Source of the DNA: an uncultured Spirochaetota bacterium
Lineage (GTDB): Bacteria; Spirochaetota; Spirochaetia; SZUA-6; Fen-1364
Direction of reading: 5' to 3'
Assembly (NCBI GenBank): GCA_963820525.1
Contig: CAWGAA010000002.1
Location: forward strand, 160,001-224,000
Length of the DNA stretch: 64,000 bases
Shown: positions 41,861 through 49,682 of the stretch, in pieces
Layout of the letters: every line of letters begins with the position of its first letter
Numbering within the stretch: the stretch's first letter is position 1
Notes under the pieces: model-generated
Database searches by the model: none
What the model saw: only the letters and a program-made list of their open reading frames with translations
Told to the model about the DNA's origin: nothing
Translations under genes and position numbers: made by a program

Positions 41861-42189
41861 TAGTGGTTAACAGCCACCCTGCCCAGGCTTTCCATCCCAG
41901 TCTTAATAGAAGGGGAGAGGCTTCGGCTGTCCTTCAGCTTCTACGCCGGAGAACCGCTGGAGCGGATCTGGGCTTCCCTGGAGGCACACTCGGAAAGTTC
42001 AGGTCGGCCGGTTCGGCTCCGGGTGAAGCGTTTCGCCGTGAAGCAAATCGAAGGACAGGAGAAGCACGACTTTCGCGTCTCGTGCTTCGATCTTGTTCAC
42101 GAAGATCGGCCGTGATCAGGAGATAGACGCCGTCTTTGATTAAGCTTCTGCGCAAGGGTACTTCAAGGGCAAGGGCGCTCGTCCCAGAG

Positions 42190-42545
42190 ACCGCGGCTAT
42201 TACATCTACTACAAGGCTTCTTCAACGGGCGGGCACTTCCAGATCGTGGCTGCCACAGCGGAAACGCCCGCTCCTGGCGGGACGCCCGGACCGGCTGCTG
42301 CTCCGGCTAACGTGCCGACAATCGCTCCCACATCCGCGCCAGGCGGATGAAAGGGCGACGTCAACAACTCCGGCAGTGTCGATATCGCTGACGCGCTCCT
42401 CGTCGCGCAGTACTATGTGGGATTGAATCCGATAGGCTTTGTGAGCGCAAATGCCGGTGTGAACTGCTCGGGCGGGATCGACGTTGTGGACGCGCTATTG
42501 ATCGCCCAGTATTGCGTGGGGCTCATCTCGTCCTTCCCCTGCTGA
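42190..42545 (+). pseudogene. 3' remnant of a secreted protein: Pro/Thr linker plus type I dockerin-like domain
   Basis: GDVNNSGSVDIADALLVAQYYVG...VNCSGGIDVVDALLIAQYCVG (42354-42545); in-frame TGA at 42348; absent from the ORF track. Confidence 0.8.
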
Positions 42546-42563
42546 TGCAAGATGAATGGGCCG

Positions 42564-44274
42564 CTATTTCTTTTTCCTGCCGGAATCATGTGCCGCGACC
42601 CACGCCTCGTATTCTGCGCCGACATCAGTCGGAGTTTTATTGCTTTTGATGAGCTCCTGCAGCAGCGGATTAAACACCCCCATTCCTTCGCGGTTCATAA
42701 CTATGTCTATAACAAATCCTGCAGGGGTTCTGGCGTTGAACGTGACGAGCTTCTTTGACATCGGATCGAGATTGGGGATATCAATTTTATATGCCACCTC
42801 CTGGTTTCCAGCGGATCCCAAGGCTTCGCTCCTTAATTTTGAGCCGCCCGGCCCCGAGTAGAACCATATCCATTTCCAGGCCGCATCCGCCTTCTTTTCC
42901 GTAAGCTTCGCATTCATTCCGAACCCGAAGCCTGGAACGGCGGATGTGGAACCAGCATTTTTCTCACCGGGGATCGCGGGAAAAACTTCGAGAGATACAT
43001 ACTCTTTCTGTTGTGGGGAGAGGCCGCTCGCGAAGCTTACGACTCTCCAGCTTCCGTCAATAAGATATACCGCCTTCTCGTTTATAAAATCTCCAAACGC
43101 GGTGCCGTAAGAATTTGCGTTGATTCCCGGAGAAAACATCTGAGCATCGGCTAGGTCTTTGATTACTTTTATCGCCCTAATAAATTCCGGATCAGTAAAC
43201 TTAGCTTTCCCTTCGATCGCTTTCTGGAACCATTCTTTGCCGCACATACGCTCAACAAGAACGCTCGCAAGGCACGACTGCAACTCCCAGCCTTCCCAGT
43301 TATCCATTGCGATCGGTATCAATTTTTTCGCCCTGATCTTCGCGCCTTGGTCGATCAATTCCGACAGTGTTTTCGGAAATGTGAGCCCCAATTCCTTTAG
43401 CAGCCTGTTGTTGGTGTACATGATATGAGTTGCGGTCACAACCCCTGGGAAGCTCGAAGAGTTCTCCGTTCGGCCCCTGAGGAATCAATGCTGCGGGTAT
43501 AAACTCGCCCTCGTGTCCTTTAAGGAATGGCCGCAGGTCCTTAAGCTTTCCGCCGGCGATCAACGTGTTCGGCCAATTGTATATGAGATCGGGCAATTGG
43601 CCCGCCGCTGCAGCCGCGGACAATTTCTGTAAATAGGATGACTCCTTGTATTCGTATTCGATCGTGAGCGTAGTATTCGGGTTTGCGGATTTGAATCCCG
43701 CAAGCAGCGAGTCCCAACTTAGTGATGATGCTGTATCCGACGGATTATTCATGTACATGAGCATGCTGAGCTGTACCTCATTATCAGTTTTTCCGGCTGT
43801 CACCGCAGTTCCCGCATTTCCTTCAGAGAGTTTGATGCCCACGCGGCTGGCGATTTTGAGCGTAATCGAGGCTTTGCCTTCATCCTCATCAGATGCCTGG
43901 GCCGTGATCGCCCCGGTCTGCACGTCGATCATCTTTGCCGAAATGAAATACGTACCAGCAACGAGGGAAACACGGGTCACGACGACGTAATCGGCGCCGA
44001 GCCGTTCCCCGGCCTTTTTGATCTCGGCGTTGCTCACGATGCCGGACATCTGGAATTCGAGCTCTTTGAGGCTTTGAGCGATGGTTGTTCTATCGAGAAC
44101 CGTAAACTTGAGCGAGGAGACGAGCTCTTCGCTTATCTTTTCGGTTATCCCGATTGATATATCCTTATCCATCTTTGCCGGCAGTAGTGCATCAAGGACA
44201 GCAACCTTGGGTAGAGCAGAGAGAAGTGTTGATGAAGCGAACAAGCAAATTAGCGGTAGCAGTTTTACTTTCAT
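42564..44274 (-). pseudogene. exported CsgG/HfaB-like domain fused to a sugar ABC substrate-binding domain, frameshifted near 43443
   Basis: signal peptide, KVAVLD..FTVLDR..LGADYV..KMIDVQTG; binding-protein motifs GQLPDL, KLIPIAM, DGSW continue in the second frame. Confidence 0.7.
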
Positions 44275-44356
44275 AAATTCCTCCTGGTTGATTTTATCTG
44301 AATAATTGTATAGTGAATATATGATGAATGCAATAAAAAATGGTATTTAGAGCAAA

Positions 44357-44674
44357 TTGTACATCCGCATCTCCAGTGAACGGCAGGCCAAGGTTGAAGA
44401 AGGTTCGCTGAAGAACCGGGAGCAGATGCTGCGCGCGGGGATCCAATTGAAGATGATTACCGGGGACTACTGGCTCACGGCGGAGCGAATCACAAGAGCA
44501 GCCGCAGGTGCGAATCCTCCTGTGCGAGAAGACCGACCGCCTCTATCGCAACTTCAAAGACTATGTGACCATCGACGAGCTGGACTTGAAGCTGATCTTG
44601 GTCAAAGAGGCTCGGTCTTGAACAAAGACTCCCGATCCCACGAGAAATTCATCCACAGCATCAAGGTGTTGATG
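44357..44674 (+). pseudogene. serine recombinase (large serine integrase-type) catalytic-domain fragments
   Basis: YIRISSERQ..EGSL (catalytic Ser motif); 44511-44609 RILLCEKTDRLYRNFKDYVTIDELD; after a frameshift, SRSHEKFIHSIKVLM. Confidence 0.75.
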
Positions 44675-44755
44675 TGGCGCAGGATCTTGATGGACCTCCT
44701 CCGGCTCGGTAATTTCGGCAAGAATCCGCATCGGAGCGGAACAACGTGGTCCGAG

Positions 44756-45317
44756 TCATTTGGCCTTCATGACTGTGACCTTGCCGCCGTTACCGCCGTC
44801 CTTATAGGCGATGTAGAGAGTATCCGACGAATCGATCGCCAGGGACGTATAGGCCGCCTCGCCCGCGCTGAAGCCCGCCGTGCCCACCGTCTGCCACGAG
44901 CCGTCGCCGTACTTCATGACCGTGGCCTTGGTGCTGTTTCCCCAGTCCAAATAGGCGACGAAGGGGGTGCCCGACGAATCAATCGCCAGGGAGGTATAGA
45001 CCGCTGTGCCCGCACTGAAGCCCGCCGTGCCTACCGTCTGCCACAAGGCGCCCCCGTACTTCATGACCGTGGCCTTGCCGCTGTGTGCGTAGTCCTCATA
45101 GGCGACGTAGGGGGTGCCCGACGAATCAATCGCCAGGGAGGTAAAGGACGCCTCGCCCGCGCTGAAGCCCGCCGTGCCCACCAGTTGCCACGAACCGCCG
45201 GTGTACTTCATGCCTGTGGCCTTGCCGCTGTTTCCCCAGTCCTCATAGGCGACTAAGGGGGTGCCGGACGAATCAATCGCCAGGGAGATATAGTCCGCCT
45301 CGCCCGCGCTGAAGCCC
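44756..45317 (-). repeat. about 3.8 tandem 147-bp (49-aa) coding repeats; 3' remnant of a beta-propeller-like surface protein
   Basis: CTTCATG recurs at 44765, 44912, 45059 and 45206; unit WQ.VGTAGFSAG.A.YTSLAIDSSGTPYVAY.D...GKATVMKY. Confidence 0.88.
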
Positions 45318-46028
45318 CCGGTACGTGTGGAGCTCGTCCAGGACCAGGAAGCGAAGGAGCTTGCCGCTCTGCACGAACGCGCGCTCCCGGGGCCGCGTGA
45401 GGATGAGCTCGAGCATGACGAAGTTGGTGAGCAGGATGTCCGGGGGGTTGGCCAGGATGCGCTGCCGCTCCTCCTCGCCCTCCTGCCCGGTGTATCGATC
45501 GAAGGTCACCGGGGTACTGCCGGCGGGCATCCCCAGTTTCAGGAACTTCTCCAGCTCCCCCTTCTGGCTGTTGGCCAGGGCGTTCATAGGGTAGATGACG
45601 ATGGCCCGCAGGCCCTTTCCGGACCCGCTACGGATAACGTGGTCCACGATGGGCACCATGTAGGCGAGACTCTTCCCGGACCCGGTTCCGGTGGTGAGCA
45701 CGTAGTTGTGCCCACCCGCTGCGATCCGGATGGCCTCCTCCTGGTGGCGATGCAGGCGCAGCATCGTCCCACGTCCCGCCGCGGTCTTCCCCACGCGGAA
45801 GATGCCCCGACACTGCTCGTGGAGCACGCCGTCGATCACGAACTCGTCGATCGTATGCCCGCGCTCGAAGGAGGGGTTCAACTGGATGAGGGGATCCGGC
45901 CACAGCTCGCCGTCGTCAAGGTGCTGGTTCACCGCGGCGCTGATCCTGACGTCCCGGATCACGAAGAAGCTCTTGATGTACTCTTCGTAGTCGCGGATGA
46001 GGTTATTGCGAAGACCGAAGACGTCCAT
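45318..46028 (-). pseudogene. DEAD/DEAH-box helicase, N-terminal fragment
   Basis: LHRHQEEAI, TGTGSGKS, YPMNALANSQ, PPDILLTN, LDELHTYRG, then an abrupt junction. Confidence 0.85.
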
Positions 46029-46566
46029 GCGATCACCCCGCAGCTTCAGAACTCTTTAAATTGCCCCGATTCAGTATAGTCAATAGACCCTAGAAATGAG
46101 CTTCCGAATATTTTCGCCTGATCGATCATATCACATTTGAGGGTCACTGAAACAGTCGATAGAATGGAGCTTCTTCACAATCCGCCCATCCCCGCAATAC
46201 CGACGGGCTACTTCCCAATACTCCTGGTCGCGGCCTTGCTCGGCTCTTGGGCTCAGACTCTTCACTGACGGTAGTACCCGATAACGGGTGATGATGAGTG
46301 GGCCCGTTGTTTGGGAGTGGCTCCACCGACTCCTTATCCTTCGGAGACGATATTGTTCCCCTCAGTGAGCCGCACCCCAGCACGTAGCGGTCCCCCGACG
46401 ACCGCTCTCCGTCTCAACGCCGAAACTCCCCGTTCCCTCCTCCGCCGGGCAACGTCCTGTTGCCCGGCGGCTCTCTTGAGCCCTACACACCCTGGCAGGG
46501 ACCAGGGGTGTGGGGCTCCTCTTGGGGGGCGCGAAAGAGAAGAAAAAGCTTCGCCTTCCCGACGCT

Positions 46567-46836
46567 TCAGACGCAGAACGTGCTCCGGTGCTCAACCACG
46601 ATGCCGAATCGGCCGAGGGCATCAAGGACCACGGATTGACTGACATGAGTGAGCTGGGCGATCTCCCGGATCGACAGGTTTTGTCCGGAGTAGAGTCCTC
46701 CCAGATATTCCCTGCGCTTCAGACGGAGCAGGGACGGAAGAGGGACGATACCCTCGATGATCGCGGGGAGCGCCGCGCTCCCGTTCGCTTTCTGTTTGCT
46801 TCGGGGAGGAGAAACCGGCTCGAACACGCTTGTCAA
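46567..46836 (-). CDS. small HTH-containing protein starting inside the right inverted repeat
   Basis: LYSGQNLSIREIAQLTHVSQSVVLDALGRFGI; TTG start overlaps the TGA of the short repeat-internal frame. Confidence 0.5.
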   Translation of the reverse strand: MTSVFEPVSPPRSKQKANGSAALPAIIEGIVPLPSLLRLKRREYLGGLYSGQNLSIREIAQLTHVSQSVVLDALGRFGIVVEHRSTFCV

Positions 46837-46950
46837 ACGGCGAGAAGAGCTGGTATCTCCTCAATCCCGTGCTCATAGCAATATGTCCTAAGCTCGTCCA
46901 ATAGGGGGAGCAGATTTGGACAGGCAGCGGAGCCATCTGCTGCCTGTTTT
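46810..46950 (-). repeat. right 141-bp inverted repeat of the island, ending in an outward-facing terminator
   Basis: matches the reverse complement of 40551-40691; hairpin ACAGGCAGC...GCTGCCTGT followed by TTT. Confidence 0.92.
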
Positions 46951-47034
46951 CACGGCTGCCGCGCCGGGACCCTCGAGTGCGTCCTGCGGCGCGCGAGGCT
47001 TGCGCACACGGGAGCCTGCGCATATACTAGGGCC

Positions 47035-47418
47035 ATGGAGGAGTTGAAGTGCTGCCTCTTCTGCGGCAGGTACATCGATAAGAGCTTCCGCTACTGCCCG
47101 TATTGCGGCTACGAGTTCACGGCGCGAGAGGAGCTCGGGGAGCAGCCGGAAGAGAGCGCGGAAGAACAGCCGCCCAACTTCGAGCCCGCCGAGTTCGAGC
47201 CGGACCTCCCGGCAATGGTAGCATGGCCGGCGCCGGTGGAAACGCGTCAGGCCGGCGACAAAGCGGCAGACCGCGTCCTGGCGTACCTGGAGAGGCTTCG
47301 AGACATCGAAAAGCATCTCTCCGACATGGAAAGGGAGCTCGACTTCATCATCTCGCGGGCTCGTCCCCTGCAGTCAGCCGCGCGAGGGCCCGTCACGTCC
47401 TCTTCAAAAGGTCCTTGA
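47035..47418 (+). CDS. zinc-ribbon domain protein
   Basis: CLFCG...YCPYCG N-terminus, coiled-coil C-terminus. Confidence 0.7.
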   Translation: MEELKCCLFCGRYIDKSFRYCPYCGYEFTAREELGEQPEESAEEQPPNFEPAEFEPDLPAMVAWPAPVETRQAGDKAADRVLAYLERLRDIEKHLSDMERELDFIISRARPLQSAARGPVTSSSKGP

Positions 47419-48628
47419 TAACGCTCCTGTCGTCGAGGAGCGAGCTTAAGCTTCTGTTGTGGTGCAGCCGGTAGATGATCCGGCCGAACAGGCTCGACAC
47501 GTCCGCGCTTAAGTACCATTCCCTGCCCAGAAGGGTGTCGTCATGGTACACCGCGTTCGTCCCGATGATGCGGTAGAACATCCCCTGCCGGTAGGCGTTC
47601 TCGAAGCTTTCCACGGCGCGCGCGGTGAACAGCGGCAGGCTCGTTGCCGAGATGATCCTCTCCGCCCCGAACTCCTTGAGGACCCGCATCGCCTTGATCA
47701 GGGTGCCGCCGGTGCCCAGCATGTCGTCGCTCATGAAGACGGTCTTCCCTTCGACGCTTCCCAGGAGCTTCATGTCCGTGATGTTTCCGTTCTCCGCGTT
47801 CTGGGCCACCCGCGAGTAGTCCCTCTCCTTGTACAGCATTCCCAGAGGCTTTCCCAGGATGGAAGCGAAGAACTTGTTGCGGTCCACCGCTCCCGTATCG
47901 GGCGCCACGATGACCAGCCGCTCGTCCTTCAGATCGATGATGGTGGAGAGCACCTTCAGGATCTGGTAGGTGCCGTGGAGGTTCTCCATCCGCATCTTGT
48001 TGAAGCTGTTCTCGATCTCCTTGGAGTGGATATCGAGGGTGATGACGCGCGCGACGCCGAGATACTCGAGGATCTGGCCGATGCGGGCCGCCGAGAGGCT
48101 CTCCCGTCCCTTTTTCTTGTGCTGGCGCGAGTACGGGTAGGTGGGGAGGACCACGGTGACCTGCTGCGCCCCCGCCTGCATCGCGGCGTCCACGGTCACC
48201 AGGAGGCAGAAGATATGATCGTTCACCGAGAGGACGCAGGGATCGTCTGATTTCTGGAACTGGAGGGGATAGTTGTTGCACACGTCCTGCACAACGTACA
48301 CGTCGGTATTGCGCACGGACCCGAGGATCTCGGTCTTGAACTCGCCGTTGGGAAAGCGCGTGTAGCAGGCCTGGACGAGGTAGTTGGGAGTGCGATACCG
48401 GTCCGGCGGCTCATCCGAATCCCAATGCGATGGGAGAAGGTCGCTGGCCAGGTTGATCCGCCGCAGGATCTCCGCCCGCTCCAGGCCGTAGGACCTGCTC
48501 AAGCTCCTGATGCGGTCTTCGAACTTGTCCCTGGTGGCGGCCTCCAGGAAGGAGAGGAGCCTCTGGGCGAAGCTCATCCCGCCCGGGCAGGGCAGGATGC
48601 CGATCTGAGACTGGCTTAAGTCGGGCAT
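47393..48628 (-). CDS. prs: ribose-phosphate pyrophosphokinase
   Basis: FPNGE, PTYPYSRQHKK, TLDIHS, APDTGA, DDMLGTGGT. Confidence 0.92.
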   Translation of the reverse strand: MPDLSQSQIGILPCPGGMSFAQRLLSFLEAATRDKFEDRIRSLSRSYGLERAEILRRINLASDLLPSHWDSDEPPDRYRTPNYLVQACYTRFPNGEFKTEILGSVRNTDVYVVQDVCNNYPLQFQKSDDPCVLSVNDHIFCLLVTVDAAMQAGAQQVTVVLPTYPYSRQHKKKGRESLSAARIGQILEYLGVARVITLDIHSKEIENSFNKMRMENLHGTYQILKVLSTIIDLKDERLVIVAPDTGAVDRNKFFASILGKPLGMLYKERDYSRVAQNAENGNITDMKLLGSVEGKTVFMSDDMLGTGGTLIKAMRVLKEFGAERIISATSLPLFTARAVESFENAYRQGMFYRIIGTNAVYHDDTLLGREWYLSADVSSLFGRIIYRLHHNRSLSSLLDDRSVIKDLLKRT

Positions 48629-48634
48629 CGATCT

Positions 48635-49570
48635 CTAGCGCTTCCGCTTCCGGAAATAGGCCGCCGTATTCTTGAGCCCCTCCTCGAGGGAGTGCGACGG
48701 CGTCCACCCCAGCACCGCCTTCGCCTTGGAGTTGTCCAGGCAGCTTCGCCTGATGTCCCCCGGCCGCGGGCCGGCGGAGGTGAAGGCGAGCTCCTTGCCC
48801 ATGACGCGGCAGATGGCGGCGAGAAGCTGCTTGGTTTTCACCGGCTCGGCTGAACCGATGTTGAGGGCCTCCCCGTCTCCCTTCTCCAGGGCAAGAAGGT
48901 TGGCCTTGGCCACGTCCTCGACGTACACGTAATCGCGCGACATCCCGTCGGGGTCCTCGGGAAAGGCGTTGACCGTGGGCGTTTCCCCGGCGAGGAGCTT
49001 GTTGATGAAGATGGCCACGACGCCGGCCTCTCCGGTGGGATCCTGCCGGGGCCCGTAGACGTTGGCGTAGCGCAGGATGGTGAAGCCCAGACCGTACTGG
49101 CGGTTGTAGAACCTGACGTAATTCTCGCCGGTCTGCTTGTGGATGGCGTAGGGGGAGAGCGGCTGGGGAGGGTAGTCTTCCGAAGCCTTCTCGACGGAGG
49201 CCTCTCCATAGATTGCGCCGCCCGAGGAGACGAAGATCAGCTTCTTCACCGAGGCGGTGCGGCAGCATTCCAGGAGATTGAGGGTTCCCAGGGCGTTCAC
49301 CTCGGCGTCAAGGGCGGGGTTTCTCGCGGAAACGGTGACGCTGATCTGGGCCGCGTGATGGCTCACGACATCGGGTCTTTCGATCATGAAGACCTTCGCC
49401 AGCTCCGGGGCCTTGATGTTCAGCAGGTAGAACGAGGCTCCCCGGGGCACGGTGGAGCGCGAGCCCGAGCTGAGGTCATCCACGATCACAACCTGGTGGC
49501 CGGCCGCAAGGTAGGCATCGGCGACGTGAGACCCGATGAAGCCGGCTCCTCCCGTGAGAAGCACTTTCAT
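48635..49570 (-). CDS. NAD-dependent epimerase/dehydratase (GalE-like)
   Basis: TGGAGFIGSH, SSGGAIYG, YAIHK, RYANVYGPRQ. Confidence 0.92.
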   Translation of the reverse strand: MKVLLTGGAGFIGSHVADAYLAAGHQVVIVDDLSSGSRSTVPRGASFYLLNIKAPELAKVFMIERPDVVSHHAAQISVTVSARNPALDAEVNALGTLNLLECCRTASVKKLIFVSSGGAIYGEASVEKASEDYPPQPLSPYAIHKQTGENYVRFYNRQYGLGFTILRYANVYGPRQDPTGEAGVVAIFINKLLAGETPTVNAFPEDPDGMSRDYVYVEDVAKANLLALEKGDGEALNIGSAEPVKTKQLLAAICRVMGKELAFTSAGPRPGDIRRSCLDNSKAKAVLGWTPSHSLEEGLKNTAAYFRKRKR

Positions 49571-49682
49571 GCGAGGACACTACCATCGGCCCGGCGGGGG
49601 GGTCAAGTGCGGGGGCGTCCTGCCCGGCTTTTTCCGTGAAACTTGGCCAAGGGTCTGCCGAACATTGGATGTGGCGGCAAAG

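Larger units (their letters stand above)
40692..41878 (-). pseudogene. 3' half of tRNA-Asn(GTT), interrupted by IS630
   Basis: removing the IS and one TA gives GGTGG-CTGTTAA-CCACT-AGGTC-GGCGG-TTCGAGT-CCGTC-CGGGGGA-G; D-arm and 5' acceptor strand are absent. Confidence 0.85.

Noticed and set aside
42348..42350. TGA as selenocysteine or recoded Trp/Gly
   Set aside because: It falls at a linker position in a startless fragment with no evident SECIS, and TGA is used as a normal stop throughout the window.
44357..45256. 299-aa ORF as a real gene
   Set aside because: It is a chimera of recombinase fragments and the antisense of the repeat gene.
44756..45317. CRISPR array
   Set aside because: The repeats are 147-bp in-frame coding units without unique spacers, and there are no cas genes in the window.
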